Assembly (NCBI GenBank): GCA_963823335.1 | Contig: CAWGLD010000007.1 | Span: 160,001 to 224,000 of the forward strand | DNA length: 64,000 nucleotides | DNA from: an uncultured delta proteobacterium | GTDB taxonomy: Bacteria; Desulfobacterota; Desulfobacteria; Desulfobacterales; B30-G6 | Direction of reading: 5' to 3' | Part shown: in pieces, positions 19,331 through 30,603 of the stretch | How the letters are laid out: the number at the start of each line of letters is the position of its first letter | Numbering within the stretch: position 1 is the first letter of the stretch | The notes under the pieces: generated by a model | The model's database searches: none | What the model saw: the letters and a program-made list of their open reading frames with translations, nothing else | What the model was told of the DNA's origin: nothing | Position numbers and translations under genes: made by a program

Positions 19331-22323
19331 ATGAGGGCTCCAAATGATGCTTTCCAGGCTTTTTTAAGATCGGAAACAAGCAGGGCAACCATGGGTCTGC
19401 GATCCATATCCGCTATCTTCAGTTCAGGCGTCTCGGTAACACTGCCGATGCAGGCGCAGGGCAGATCCTTGAAAATCGTCTCAAAGGCGGTCTTGTTGTC
19501 CGGATCCACAGTTATGATAAATCGCCCTGCCGATTCCGAAAAGAGCAATGCATCGTTGCGACGACATCCTTGTTCAGGGACCGATTCCAGATTCAGATCC
19601 ATTCCCAGATTACCACCCATGGCCACCATGGCCAGATGCACCCCCAGGCCACCCCGATAGACACCATGGACAGAGGCCACCAGTTCCAGGTTTATGGCAT
19701 GTGCCACGGCATGGTAAAGTTTGAGAAACTGCCGGGGAGTCACCACCGGGATATTACAGCCGATATATCCCAGATGCGCATAATATTCTGAAGCCCCCAT
19801 TTCGTTGCGGGTGACACCAGCCACATAGACGAGATCACCAGGAACCTTGCTCTCCATGGTAACACACTTGTGTACGTCCTGGACAATGCCGGTGGCTGAA
19901 AACTGCAGTGTCTCCAGTGCCGAGACCTTGTGGGATTCACCGTAGCGGCCCGTCAGGTGACCATCCACGTACATGCTGTCTTTGCCGGACAGAAGCGGGA
20001 TTTCATATGCAAGGCACATGTCACGCAGGGCTCTGCAAGATCGAACCAGTTGTGCCGCCTTGAATTTGCCGTCCGGATTTTTCCGGGGATCGTACTGGAT
20101 ACTGGGCCAGCAAAAATTGTCAACCCCGCCGATATGATCCAATCCGGCACCCACGGCCACCAGACGGCGGACAGCCTCATCCATGGTGCAGGTGGTCATG
20201 TGGAAGGCATCGATGGCCGAATAGAACGGCAGGAGTGCCTGTGAAAAGGCCAGCCCCTTCCCGGATGTAAGCACCGGCCTGATAACACTCGCATCGCTGA
20301 CCATATCCCTTGCAGCACCCACCAGGGGCTTGATCACACTCGTTCCCTGAACCTCGTGGTCATATTGCCGGACAATCCATTCCTTCGAGGCAATGTTGGC
20401 ACGGGACAGCAGGTCCAGCAGGAGCCGGTTGAAATCCACGGGTGCGTCGAGGACCGGTTCATAGAGACCCCGCTGCTCCGGTGATGTCCATTCAGCGTCG
20501 AACTCCCACTGGGGAAAACCTGATTTCAACAAGTCCATATCCACGTAAGCACATGTTTTTCCATCATAAGTGATGTGGAGCCGGCCTGAATCGGTGTAGG
20601 TGCCGATAATGGTGCTTTCAACCGCATGCAGGGCCGACAGTTCGAGAAAACGATCGATATGTTCCGGCGCTACCGCCACCGTCATCCGCTCCTGTGATTC
20701 CGATATCCAGATCTCCCACTGGTCCAGCCCTTCATATTTCAAAGGAACTTTTTCAAGCTGGATGTGGCATCCATTGGAAAAGCGGGCGGTCTCACCCACC
20801 GACGAAGAGAGCCCGCCACCACCGTTGTCGGTAATAAACCGCATAAGTCCTTCATCCCGGGCTTCCAGGAGAAAATCGTGCATTTTTTTCTGGGTATAGG
20901 GATCACCGATCTGTACATGCCCGGCAGGCGTATTTTCAGAAAATGTTTCAGATGCCGCTGTAACACCATGAATGCCGTCCTTACCAACTCTCCCGCCGCT
21001 CATGACCACCAGGTCACCCGGTTCGATATCCTTTTCATGGGAAGGCTTGCCCTGCACCAATACCGGCATGATCCCCAATGCCGTTACAAAAACCAGGCAT
21101 TTCCCGATATATCCGGGGTGAAACGTGACCTGACCATAGGTCGTGGGAATACCGCTTTTATTACCCCCGTCCCGAACACCCTCGATCACACCGTCCAGGA
21201 GTCGCCTCGGGTGCAACCGTGGTTTGAGATCACCGTCATAATTGCGGGGCCCCACACAAAACCCGTAGCTGCCCATAATCAGCTTCGATCCTTTACCCGT
21301 CCCCATGGGGTCCCTGTAGATACCGACAATACCTGTAATGGCCCCGCCGTAGGCCTCCATGTTGGAGGGTGAATTATGCGTTTCTCCTGTAATGACATAG
21401 TGGTGCTCGTCGTCGAACTTCCCGGCACCGGCATTGTCCCAGAGCACCGACACCACCCATGGTTTCTGTGCCTTCAGTTGAAGTGTCGGTGCTTCGATGC
21501 ATGTTTTGAAAAGGCTGTCGATCAGATCTGTCTCACCGGTGGAAAGGTCGCTATACCGAAACAAACCCTGGAACGTATTGTGATTGCAATGGTCGCTGCG
21601 GGCCTGGGAAATGTATTCCAGTTCCAGGTCCGTAGGGTTGTGAAGTCCCTTTGCAGCGCGCTCTTTCTGATTTGCCTGCGTGAGAAAATAAGCTCGTATG
21701 GTGGGAATATCATTGGGGTTGAGGGCCAGATTTCTTTCATCACTCAAGCGCATAAGCGTTGCATCGCTGTCGATGGGGATGTCTGACACCGTGGGTCTGT
21801 GATCCAGGATGACTCTGGGTGTTATCATGCCGATGCCCAGGGCGGGATTCCAGGAATCTTTTGAATATATTATTCGTTGCTGGATAAGATCGTTCGCCAG
21901 GAGTTCTCCAGCGATTTTATCGGCCTCCTCGGGGAGCAGTCCTTGGCATCGAATGCAATAACGTCTGGAGGTATAGACCGCCTCGTTTTGGTCAAGGGAA
22001 ACACCCAGAACATCCCTGATGGCCTCAATGGCCGTGCTCCCGGGATTGTCTCTGACACCCGGCCGGTATCCCACCCAGATCATCCAGTCGAAAGTCATCG
22101 GCAATGGATCATAGGACGATATCTGCGTAACCGGGTTGGTGAAGATCTCTGTCTGAATGGTTTTGAGCTGTTCCGCCGACAATTCCGCGTCGATGGTAAG
22201 AATGTGGACAACCCGCACCTGCTGAAGCTGGATACCGAAATAATCTTCGGCCTTTTTGCGAATCCCCTCACCTTCAGCGTCGGGCATCTCGGGTTTAAGC
22301 GCAATCTCGAGTCTGTGGGGCAT
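19327..22323 (-). CDS. purL: FGAM synthase synthetase subunit (with N-terminal PurS-like region)
   Basis: SDHCNH, ETHNSPS, GGRVGKDGIHG, ISESQERM, QYDHEVQG. Confidence 0.93.
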   Translation of the reverse strand: MPHRLEIALKPEMPDAEGEGIRKKAEDYFGIQLQQVRVVHILTIDAELSAEQLKTIQTEIFTNPVTQISSYDPLPMTFDWMIWVGYRPGVRDNPGSTAIEAIRDVLGVSLDQNEAVYTSRRYCIRCQGLLPEEADKIAGELLANDLIQQRIIYSKDSWNPALGIGMITPRVILDHRPTVSDIPIDSDATLMRLSDERNLALNPNDIPTIRAYFLTQANQKERAAKGLHNPTDLELEYISQARSDHCNHNTFQGLFRYSDLSTGETDLIDSLFKTCIEAPTLQLKAQKPWVVSVLWDNAGAGKFDDEHHYVITGETHNSPSNMEAYGGAITGIVGIYRDPMGTGKGSKLIMGSYGFCVGPRNYDGDLKPRLHPRRLLDGVIEGVRDGGNKSGIPTTYGQVTFHPGYIGKCLVFVTALGIMPVLVQGKPSHEKDIEPGDLVVMSGGRVGKDGIHGVTAASETFSENTPAGHVQIGDPYTQKKMHDFLLEARDEGLMRFITDNGGGGLSSSVGETARFSNGCHIQLEKVPLKYEGLDQWEIWISESQERMTVAVAPEHIDRFLELSALHAVESTIIGTYTDSGRLHITYDGKTCAYVDMDLLKSGFPQWEFDAEWTSPEQRGLYEPVLDAPVDFNRLLLDLLSRANIASKEWIVRQYDHEVQGTSVIKPLVGAARDMVSDASVIRPVLTSGKGLAFSQALLPFYSAIDAFHMTTCTMDEAVRRLVAVGAGLDHIGGVDNFCWPSIQYDPRKNPDGKFKAAQLVRSCRALRDMCLAYEIPLLSGKDSMYVDGHLTGRYGESHKVSALETLQFSATGIVQDVHKCVTMESKVPGDLVYVAGVTRNEMGASEYYAHLGYIGCNIPVVTPRQFLKLYHAVAHAINLELVASVHGVYRGGLGVHLAMVAMGGNLGMDLNLESVPEQGCRRNDALLFSESAGRFIITVDPDNKTAFETIFKDLPCACIGSVTETPELKIADMDRRPMVALLVSDLKKAWKASFGALI

Positions 22324-22335
22324 TACTTACCATCC

Positions 22336-22659
22336 TTATTTGAAGACTGAAAAAACGGAGCCTTTAACCTTGCGGAAAACACTCTTTTCGCCTTCAAGCA
22401 ACTTCTCCATTTCCCCCGGGTCAAGATGAACTGCGCCGCATCCTTTATTAACGCATAAGTCGATCTTGACATTTTTTAGGTCCACTTCCACCAGGCTGTG
22501 GGTGCCGCATCTAAAGCAGTGGTTCTTGTGAGCGCTGCTATAGGCGTTATTGGCCTCTTTTAAGGCCGCTGCCCGGCATTTCTCAATTAGCTTCCGGTCT
22601 TGATCCTGAAAGTAAAAATCTTCTCCCTTGGGTTTAATAACATTGCGTTCATCTTTCAT
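22336..22659 (-). CDS. Zinc-finger (zf-TFIIB-like) protein
   Basis: CFRCG...IDLC...CGAVHLDPGEMEKL. Confidence 0.7.
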   Translation of the reverse strand: MKDERNVIKPKGEDFYFQDQDRKLIEKCRAAALKEANNAYSSAHKNHCFRCGTHSLVEVDLKNVKIDLCVNKGCGAVHLDPGEMEKLLEGEKSVFRKVKGSVFSVFK

Positions 22660-23019
22660 GGCCCACCTCCTTTGGTCAGTTTTGTTTTATTCCTTTGGGT
22701 CTATCGATATTGCCAAATGTGACGTATTGGAAATTTGCTATCCTGAACCGAAAAATCGAGCGCATTCCCCGTGGCTTGCCGCGGGGAATACGAGCGAATC
22801 TAAATTAGACAGAATTCCTTACGGTCGCTGCGAGGTTCTTCAATATCAAAAACAAATGCAAAATGAAATATCCAAATAAAATCGCTGCGCGATTTCATAT
22901 GACGCGGCGTTGTCGCTTTTATGGCGACACTTGTCTTTCGAGCAGCATTTGCGCTTCGCGCATAATTTTAATTTGTTGTTGTTAAACATCAATGTCATTA
23001 ACTTAACGGCAATAGATAC

Positions 23020-23146
23020 TAATTCGGATATTTTGACGTGCGCTTGCTGTAGCCGCAAGGCGCCGGACCATGAAGCTGTAGTTTGCTACCGCGAATGGTC
23101 CGTAACACAGCGGATACAGTGAGCTCGCTTCAAAATAACCGGGTTA
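23020..23146. mobile_element. ERIC-like 127-bp palindromic element
   Basis: Ends TAATTCGGATATTTTGA / TCAAAATAACCGGGTTA; internal CAAGGCG and TAACACAG; overlaps rseP stop. Confidence 0.7.
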
Positions 23147-24211
23147 GCTGGTGAATATACGCGTAATGTCATTGTAAAATACAAAGATCATCAACATGAT
23201 CAAGATAAAAATGCCGGCCTGCTGGGCAACCTCGCGTGTGCGGATGTTCACCGGCCTGCCGATGATGAGTTCTATGAGGAAAAAGAGGATGTGCCCGCCA
23301 TCCAGTACCGGAATGGGCAGGAAGTTGATGATAGCCAGATTGATACTGAGCAGAGCAATCAGAAAAACGAAATTCACGGCGCCTTCCCTGGCCTGCTGAC
23401 CCGCGAGTTCCGCAATCATGATGGGGCCGCCGATGGTCTTGGTGGAGATTTTTCCCTTGATAAGCTTGGCAATGCTGACAACGGTCAGTTCTGCAATGCT
23501 GTAGGTTTGCCGGACACTTTCGATCACTGCCTCGCCAATGCCGAGCTTGCGGTTCTCCACATCTCCTGCCGATGCCACACCAATGAAATATCGCTGGATG
23601 TCTTCACCGAACAGGTTTTTTGTTTCTTTGGCAATCGGTTTGATTTCAAGGGTGATCACTTCATCCAGCCGTTGAATCGAAAATATAAGGGGTCGGCCAT
23701 TGCTGGCAGTAATGCCGTCCGCCATCTCTTCCCAGGTGGAAATCGCCTGCCCATCGATGGCCTTGATGATGTCTCCCTTTTGCAGACCGCTTTCATGCGC
23801 CGGCATATTTTCCTGAACATCTCCAATGGTGGGCCGAAGGATATAGGTTCCTGATAAAAGGAAAATACCGAGAAAGATCAGTATCGCCAGCAGAATATTG
23901 AAAAGAGGTCCAGCAGCAACGATGAGCAGTTTTTTCAAAACATGTTTATGGGTAAATGAAAGGGGAATTTCTTCGGGATCCATTTCCACGGCAGGGTCCT
24001 CACCGACCATCTTCACGTAGCCCCCCAGGGGAATAGCGGATACACGGTAATCCGTAATACCGGCTTTCCAGCCGAATATTCGAGGACCGAATCCAAGAGA
24101 AAACTTTTCAACCCCCACACCGAACATTCGTGCAAACAGAAAATGTCCCAATTCATGAAAAAAAATCAAGACACCCAGCACGACAATAAATGCAAGTATA
24201 CTGGTTCCCAT
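23144..24211 (-). CDS. rseP: RIP metalloprotease RseP
   Basis: HELGHF, AAGP..N, PDZ region, NFLPIPVLDGG. Confidence 0.95.
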   Translation of the reverse strand: MGTSILAFIVVLGVLIFFHELGHFLFARMFGVGVEKFSLGFGPRIFGWKAGITDYRVSAIPLGGYVKMVGEDPAVEMDPEEIPLSFTHKHVLKKLLIVAAGPLFNILLAILIFLGIFLLSGTYILRPTIGDVQENMPAHESGLQKGDIIKAIDGQAISTWEEMADGITASNGRPLIFSIQRLDEVITLEIKPIAKETKNLFGEDIQRYFIGVASAGDVENRKLGIGEAVIESVRQTYSIAELTVVSIAKLIKGKISTKTIGGPIMIAELAGQQAREGAVNFVFLIALLSINLAIINFLPIPVLDGGHILFFLIELIIGRPVNIRTREVAQQAGIFILIMLMIFVFYNDITRIFTS

Positions 24212-24381
24212 AATTTGGCTCTTTAAAAATAATTTGTTCCCGGGTTCATAAGGTCCCGGCGCTGATTAAACCCTGTCAACTACGCTGTCGAATATATTCA
24301 GTCGTAGTAAATCCCAAATTAGAATCTAAATAATAAGAATGATGTTGGGGTCCGTCAACCTCGGCAGATGGATTGAAGAAA

Positions 24382-25557
24382 TCAATCGCTTTCTGATCCG
24401 GTTTCGATCAATCGGGAGGCTTCTATTCTAGCCCCCTGGTCCGCAATCAAAATATCATCCAAGGATGGCGCCGGCTGATTGGTATGATTCGCCAGGGTCT
24501 GTTCGATGACAAGCGGGATCCGGTCAAACGACAGTCGGCGCTTCAAAAAAGCATGTACAGCCACCTCGTTGGCTGCATTCAAAACAGCCGGCAGGGTCCC
24601 GCCTGTCTTGCCGGCTTTCATGGCCAGCCCCAAACATGAAAATTTTCCCATATCCGGCTCCTCGAAGGTAAAGGAACCGATTTCGGCGAAATCAGGCAAT
24701 GGCTGCGCCAGGGGCAGTCGTTCTGGAAATGACAAGGCAAAAGCGATGGCAACTTTCATATCGGGTATGCCGAGTTGGGCGAGAATAGAGCCGTCCTGAA
24801 ATGAAACCATGGAGTGAATAATGCTTTGAGGGTGTACGACAACCCGAATCCTGTCCATCTCCACATTAAAAAGATGTCTGGCCTCGATGACCTCCAGCCC
24901 CTTGTTCATGAGTGTGGCTGAATCGACAGTGATTTTGGGTCCCATCTGCCAGTTGGGGTGGTTCAGAGCGGCATCGGGGCTGACATCCGAAAACGATTGG
25001 GCCGGCATGTTCAGGAAAGGGCCGCCTGAGGCCGTTATCAGCAGCACATCCAGATCGGATGCCCGCTGTCCCATCAGGCACTGAAATATGGCGCTATGCT
25101 CGCTGTCCACCGGAATGATGTCCACCCCTTTTTTTTGGGCAAGCTGCATGACCAGTTCACCTGCCATGACCAGTGTTTCCTTGTTGGCCAGGGCGATGTC
25201 CTTACCTGCCTCTATGGCTGCGATGGTCGGCATCAAGCCGGCTGCACCCACAATCGCCGTCAGGACCATGTCGGATGTTTCATAAGCTGCTGCGGTTTGA
25301 TATCCGGACTCACCATACACGATGTTGACACCCATCCCCTTGGACAGCACACGTTCCAGGTCCGCTGCCCCTGTCTCGTCGAATACGGCTACCAATTCAG
25401 GTCGAAATTGTTCGATCTGTTCGGCCAGTTTGGAAATATTTTGTCCGGCGGTTAGAACCTTTGCGCTAAAACGTTCAGGAAATTGTGCCACAATCTTGAG
25501 AGCGTTGGTGCCAATGGATCCGGTTGAACCGAGAATAGTGAGGTTTTTCATATACAT
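24382..25557 (-). CDS. dxr: 1-deoxy-D-xylulose-5-phosphate reductoisomerase
   Basis: LGSTGSIG, LANKE, PVDSEHSAIFQ, TASGGPF. Confidence 0.97.
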   Translation of the reverse strand: MYMKNLTILGSTGSIGTNALKIVAQFPERFSAKVLTAGQNISKLAEQIEQFRPELVAVFDETGAADLERVLSKGMGVNIVYGESGYQTAAAYETSDMVLTAIVGAAGLMPTIAAIEAGKDIALANKETLVMAGELVMQLAQKKGVDIIPVDSEHSAIFQCLMGQRASDLDVLLITASGGPFLNMPAQSFSDVSPDAALNHPNWQMGPKITVDSATLMNKGLEVIEARHLFNVEMDRIRVVVHPQSIIHSMVSFQDGSILAQLGIPDMKVAIAFALSFPERLPLAQPLPDFAEIGSFTFEEPDMGKFSCLGLAMKAGKTGGTLPAVLNAANEVAVHAFLKRRLSFDRIPLVIEQTLANHTNQPAPSLDDILIADQGARIEASRLIETGSESD

Positions 25558-25560
25558 CTC

Positions 25561-26373
25561 TTAAAACAGATACATCTTGAACAGATAAGCCACGGGCGCT
25601 GCAAACATCGTTGCATCGGCTCGATCCAATATTCCGCCATGACCTGGTAAAATCCCGCCTGAATCCTTGATATGGGCCACACGCTTGAGTCCGGATTCAA
25701 ACAGATCGCCCATCTGACCCATGATGCCCAGTGAAATAAAAAAAAGAAAACTGATTCCCCAGGGCAATTCGGGCAGAAGCAAGAATTTGAAACAGACACC
25801 GATAAGGATGTTGACGACGATACCGCCAAGAGATCCTTCAATGGTTTTTTTCGGGCTCACCGCCGGATTCAGTTTGTGCTTTCCAAAAAATGTACCGGCG
25901 TAAAGCGCACCGACATCTCCTGCAAACACAATTGCCAGTATCAAAATAATCCATTTTGCGCCTTCCATTTGCTCACCATCCCGAATCAGGATCAGGTAAG
26001 AAAGCAGCACCGGGACATAAATGATACCAAACACCGTCTTTTTGGCTGTCTCATAGACGTGACGATTTTTTTTATACAGGAAGACCGACAGCAGCGCGGT
26101 AACGATAAAATACAGGGAGAATATATGAAACATGAGTTCGGCAGCATGATAATGAGCTGCCCATGCGATCATTGGGATGAACAGGTAACCGGTCAGAACG
26201 ATAAGATTCCTGGCACTCTCACGACTGTCACTGAAAACCACACGGGTATATTCCCAGAAGCCCATCATTGCCAGGAGTCCGATAAATGCCGAGAAAATAA
26301 CACCGCCCTTGATGATGATGTAAATCAGAAAGGGTAATGCAACAAGACCTGTAATCCAGCGTTTTAGATGCAT
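25561..26373 (-). CDS. cdsA: Phosphatidate cytidylyltransferase
   Basis: SPKKTIEG, GDLFES.LKR...IKDSG.ILPGHGGILDR; start placed at MHLKR. Confidence 0.93.
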   Translation of the reverse strand: MHLKRWITGLVALPFLIYIIIKGGVIFSAFIGLLAMMGFWEYTRVVFSDSRESARNLIVLTGYLFIPMIAWAAHYHAAELMFHIFSLYFIVTALLSVFLYKKNRHVYETAKKTVFGIIYVPVLLSYLILIRDGEQMEGAKWIILILAIVFAGDVGALYAGTFFGKHKLNPAVSPKKTIEGSLGGIVVNILIGVCFKFLLLPELPWGISFLFFISLGIMGQMGDLFESGLKRVAHIKDSGGILPGHGGILDRADATMFAAPVAYLFKMYLF

Positions 26374-26570
26374 GGCATTGGTGATGGTGTCGCAAAAAGC
26401 CATAAAATCTGTCTTTTTACGAGAGTGTTTTGTGTTTGGTGTTTTGTGCTTGACAGTATAATAACTTTGAACCAAAAAAGCGAGCGCATTCCCCGTAGGT
26501 TTTTCAATATCAGACCATATTTCATAACAGACTAAATACTAAACACAAAATACAATTTCCCACAAGTGAT

Positions 26571-27323
26571 TTACGTCTGATTAATTCGGCCGAATCTGCG
26601 TTCGCGGCTCTGGAAATCACCCAGTATGGCCATGAACTCTTCTCGTGAAAATTCCGGCCAGAGGGTATCCGTAACAAAAATCTCTGCGTAAGCGATCTGC
26701 CACAACAGAAAATTACTGATCCGCATGTCACCGCCGGTCCTGATGAGCAGATCCGGGTCACACATCCCCCGGGTGTATAAATTATCGGATACGATATCGG
26801 GGGTGATGGCGGAGGGATCCAATTGACCGTTTTTTACACGGACTGCAACCTGTTTCACCATCTCAACGATCTCGGCTCTGCCGCCATAACTGAGTGCCAG
26901 ATTCAGTGTCAGTCCCGTGTTCGATGCCGTCATTTCCATATTCCGCTGCAGCACGCTGCGGACGCCTTTCGGAATTCGGTGTATCTGTCCGATGGCATTT
27001 AAGCGAACGTTGTTTTGATGCATCTCCATTGCTTCGGACTTCAAAAAGCGCTTTAGGAGATCCATCAGGGCAGCAACTTCTGTTTTGGGCCGTTGCCAGT
27101 TCTCTGTCGAGAAAGCGTAAAGCGTCAGAATATTGATGCCGATTTCACAGCAGGTACGAACAATCCTTCTGACAGCATCAGCTCCTTTTTCATGTCCGTT
27201 GATGCGGTTCATCAAACGCTGTTTGGCCCAGCGTCCGTTTCCATCCATGATGATGGCGATATGAGAAGGAAGCGTTGAAAGGTCAGGATCACCAGGGCCG
27301 GGGTGAGCAATATTAGAATTCAA
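26571..27323 (-). CDS. uppS: Undecaprenyl diphosphate synthase
   Basis: HIAIIMDGNGRWA, YAFSTENW, RISNFLLWQ; start uncertain. Confidence 0.95.
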   Translation of the reverse strand: MNSNIAHPGPGDPDLSTLPSHIAIIMDGNGRWAKQRLMNRINGHEKGADAVRRIVRTCCEIGINILTLYAFSTENWQRPKTEVAALMDLLKRFLKSEAMEMHQNNVRLNAIGQIHRIPKGVRSVLQRNMEMTASNTGLTLNLALSYGGRAEIVEMVKQVAVRVKNGQLDPSAITPDIVSDNLYTRGMCDPDLLIRTGGDMRISNFLLWQIAYAEIFVTDTLWPEFSREEFMAILGDFQSRERRFGRINQT

Positions 27324-27870
27324 GAATTTCTTTCTCTTTTTCTTTGTAAATAACATCTACCTGCTTGATGTGGTCATCCGTTATTTCTTGAATTTGATCC
27401 TGACCCTTGAAGAATTCGTCTTCTGATATATCGCCTTCCTTCTTGAAACCTTTGATAAGCTCGTTGGAATCCCGTCGAATGTTGCGCATGGCGATCTTGT
27501 GCTCTTCACACACTTTGTGAATTACCTTGACCAGTTCCTTGCGTCTCTCCTCGGTGAGGGGCGGAATGGATATCCGGATGATCTTACCATCGCTCGAAGG
27601 CGTGAGGCCCAGATCTGACTTCAATAATGCCTTTTCAATTTCCTTGATAACCGATACATCCCAGGGTTGAATGGTAATCAGACGACTCTCAGGAACAGAC
27701 ATTGTGGCCATCTGGTTGAGAGGCGTCAGTGTCCCGTAATAGTCTACCCGGATACCATCCAGCAGGGACAATGAAGCTCGACCTGTCCGAACGCGTTTCA
27801 ACTCATTTTTCAATGCAGCAATGGTTTTCCCCATCCGCTCCGTTGTTTCCTGATAAATGTCATCCAGCAT
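27313..27870 (-). CDS. frr: Ribosome recycling factor
   Basis: RTGRAS, DYYG..TPL.Q, PPLTEERRKELVK. Confidence 0.97.
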   Translation of the reverse strand: MLDDIYQETTERMGKTIAALKNELKRVRTGRASLSLLDGIRVDYYGTLTPLNQMATMSVPESRLITIQPWDVSVIKEIEKALLKSDLGLTPSSDGKIIRISIPPLTEERRKELVKVIHKVCEEHKIAMRNIRRDSNELIKGFKKEGDISEDEFFKGQDQIQEITDDHIKQVDVIYKEKEKEILEF

Positions 27871-27890
27871 CGGGTTTTTCCTTTTTGGGT

Positions 27891-28036
27891 TAGTGCCCAC
27901 CCACAGATGTGGGGCTTTGCGTGAGTTCAAGGCGGGCGTCAGATTTGAACCACAGGAATAGCGAGCTATTTTGAGAGATCAAATCATGGCGCCCAACGCA
28001 TAAATCGTGCAAAAGAGCCATTTGCGGGTGGCACTA
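27891..28036. mobile_element. ERIC-like palindromic element between pyrH and frr
   Basis: Ends TAGTGCCCACCCACAGATG / CATTTGCGGGTGGCACTA; internal CAAGGCG and CAACGCA; overlaps pyrH stop. Confidence 0.7.
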
Positions 28037-28750
28037 ATTATGAATATAAGTGCCTATGGCCTCACCGCAACCAACACGTTTGATATTACCTTTTTTCTTC
28101 AGGTTGAACACCACCAGAGGCAGATGGTTGTCCATGGCCAGTGAGATGGCCGTCATATCCATAACTTTCAATTGCTTTTCAATGACTTCCATGTAGGTAA
28201 TATCGTCGAAACGTTTAGCATCCGGGTTGTTAACCGGATCGGCATCATAGAGCCCGTCCACCTTGGTTGCCTTGAAAAGGATCTCGGCATGAATCTCCTG
28301 GGCCCTCAGAACTGCGGCTGTATCGGTGGTAAAATACGGGTTGCCGGTCCCGGCTGCAAAAATAACAACACGGCCTTTTTCCAGATGTCGGGCAGCCCTT
28401 CTGCGAATATATGGCTCGGCGACTTCGTGCATGGAGATAGCTGTCTGAACGCGGGTTTGTATGCCCCTCTTTTCCAGTGCGTCCTGTATGGCAAGACTGT
28501 TCATGATTGTCGCCAGCATCCCCATGTGATCCGCCGAGGTTCGCTCCATGCCGTGAGAGCTTGCTGCAACACCCCTGAAAATGTTGCCACCACCAACAAC
28601 GACAGCCAGTTCGACACCCAGTTCATATATAGACTGAATCTCTCCAGCGACATAGCCCAGCATTTCCTGACTGATACCGAATGCCTGATCTCCCATGAGG
28701 GCCTCACCACTCAGTTTTAGCAACACTCTCTGGTACTTGGCGCCGGGCAT
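28034..28750 (-). CDS. pyrH: UMP kinase
   Basis: [27 protein letters not shown]. Confidence 0.97.
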   Translation of the reverse strand: MPGAKYQRVLLKLSGEALMGDQAFGISQEMLGYVAGEIQSIYELGVELAVVVGGGNIFRGVAASSHGMERTSADHMGMLATIMNSLAIQDALEKRGIQTRVQTAISMHEVAEPYIRRRAARHLEKGRVVIFAAGTGNPYFTTDTAAVLRAQEIHAEILFKATKVDGLYDADPVNNPDAKRFDDITYMEVIEKQLKVMDMTAISLAMDNHLPLVVFNLKKKGNIKRVGCGEAIGTYIHN

Positions 28751-28753
28751 TGG

Positions 28754-29350
28754 TTAATCCCCTATCTGGAATCGTGCAAACCGCCGGATATTGATCTTTT
28801 CACCGGTTTTGGCGATCACGTCGTTCAGGTAGTCCTGGATGGTCATGTTGGGGTCCCGAACATAGACCTGATTCATGAGACAGCTTTCCTTGAAAAATTT
28901 AATGAGCTTGCCTTCTGCGATTTTATCGACCATCTTTTCAGGCTTTCCCATCTCCAGCGCCTGGGCACGATAGATTTCTTTTTCTTTTTCGATAAGCTCA
29001 GGAGACACGTCCTCCGGAAGAATACCCACGGGGTTGGTGGCGGCGATATGCATGGCGATGTTCTTTACAAACTCCATAAAGTCATCAGTCTTGGCTACAA
29101 AATCGGTTTCACAGTTGACCTCCACCAGAACACCAATTTTGCCTCCCATATGGATATAGGCCTGCACGGCACCTTCCTTGGTAGCTCTTCCAGCTCTTTT
29201 CTGCGCGGTTGCCAGGCCTTTTTTGCGTAAATATTCAATCGACTTTTCAATATCACCGCTACACTCCGCCAATGCGTGTTTACAGTCCATGATGCCTGCC
29301 CCGGATTTTTCACGGAGCTGTTTAACCATTGCTGCACTAATCTCTGACAT
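28754..29350 (-). CDS. tsf: Elongation factor Ts (short form)
   Basis: VKQLREKSGAGIMDCK, EVNCETDFVA. Confidence 0.97.
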   Translation of the reverse strand: MSEISAAMVKQLREKSGAGIMDCKHALAECSGDIEKSIEYLRKKGLATAQKRAGRATKEGAVQAYIHMGGKIGVLVEVNCETDFVAKTDDFMEFVKNIAMHIAATNPVGILPEDVSPELIEKEKEIYRAQALEMGKPEKMVDKIAEGKLIKFFKESCLMNQVYVRDPNMTIQDYLNDVIAKTGEKINIRRFARFQIGD

Positions 29351-29352
29351 AT

Positions 29353-30258
29353 CTATTCTCCTGTATCTTCAGCTTTCGCCTCTTCTACTGTGGATGCTTC
29401 GGCCTCTGGTTCCGACGGCGTTTCCTCTTTGGTGGATCGGCGGATAATTTCTACGACAGGCCCCTTGGTACCATCTGAAATAACTTTTCTCTCTCCCGGT
29501 TTCAGATCATCAGCTGTATCGACCGTAAGATCTTTTTCGATTTTCTTGTCTGAGGCTGCCTGTTTCTTTTCCTCATAAAGCTCCCTGCCCTCGATACAGG
29601 CATCGGAAATTCTGGAGGAGACCAATCGGATGGCCCTGATGGCATCATCGTTTCCAGGAATAATGAAATCGATATCATCCGGATCACAATTGGTATCCAC
29701 TATCGCCACAATGGGAATGCCCAAACGCCGGCCTTCACGGACCGCAATTGCCTCGTTTTTCGGATCGATAATAAACATAGCCCCGGGAAGTTTTGTCATG
29801 TTGCGGATCCCTCCCAGGGTGTTATCGAGTTTGACACGCTCCTTACCGAGTTTCAGTCTCTCCTTTTTTGGAAACAGTTCGATGGACCCGTCATTTTCTA
29901 TGGTGTTCAGATGGTTGAGCCGATCGATACTCTGCTTGATGGTCTTGAAGTTGGTCAGCATGCCGCCAAGCCATCGGTTGTGCACATAAAACATTTCACA
30001 TCGATTGGATTCTTCGTAAACAGATTCCCGGGCCTGTTTTTTTGTTCCGACAAATAACACCGACTCTCCTCTTGCAACGGTATCCACTATGAAGTCGTAG
30101 ACCGTCCTGAACATCCGGACAGTCTTCTGCAGATCGATAATATAAATGCCGTTTCTTGCCCCGAAGATATAGGGTTTCATCTTTGGATTCCATCGTTTGG
30201 TCTGATGACCGAAATGAACGCCGGCCTCCAGGAGTTCCTTCATCGTAATGTACGCCAT
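29353..30258 (-). CDS. rpsB: 30S ribosomal protein S2
   Basis: [27 protein letters not shown]. Confidence 0.98.
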   Translation of the reverse strand: MAYITMKELLEAGVHFGHQTKRWNPKMKPYIFGARNGIYIIDLQKTVRMFRTVYDFIVDTVARGESVLFVGTKKQARESVYEESNRCEMFYVHNRWLGGMLTNFKTIKQSIDRLNHLNTIENDGSIELFPKKERLKLGKERVKLDNTLGGIRNMTKLPGAMFIIDPKNEAIAVREGRRLGIPIVAIVDTNCDPDDIDFIIPGNDDAIRAIRLVSSRISDACIEGRELYEEKKQAASDKKIEKDLTVDTADDLKPGERKVISDGTKGPVVEIIRRSTKEETPSEPEAEASTVEEAKAEDTGE

Positions 30259-30264
30259 GTCTTT

Positions 30265-30372
30265 CTCCTTTTCTCTTGGTTTTTCCTTGCGCTTTTATCC
30301 TCCCGGCTTCCGACTTCAATGGAAAAATTTCCATCTGAAGCACCAGGAAACAGGTCCAAAAGCGTGTGGTAT
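30265..30372 (-). promoter_or_regulatory. Probable rpsB leader (S2 autogenous-control-type RNA)
   Basis: Minus strand CACACGCTTTT...GGTGC...AAAAGCG nested stems directly upstream of rpsB; position-based inference. Confidence 0.5.
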
Positions 30373-30603
30373 TTGTGCGTTATTCTTAAACAGTGATTTG
30401 TAACAAATTCAATATTGGGATGCAACCTTTTTTTGCACTCTTGGGTGTCATTTATCCTTATGGACGTCATTAGCGCTTCGTGCGACACTTCGCCTTCGGC
30501 GGTAATTTATGGTCATTAGTCCTTCGGGCGTTATTAGCGTTTTGCGCGTAATTTATTGCTGCCAAGAGCCGATAGCTTTCGGCCCCCCTCCAACCCTTGT
30601 TTT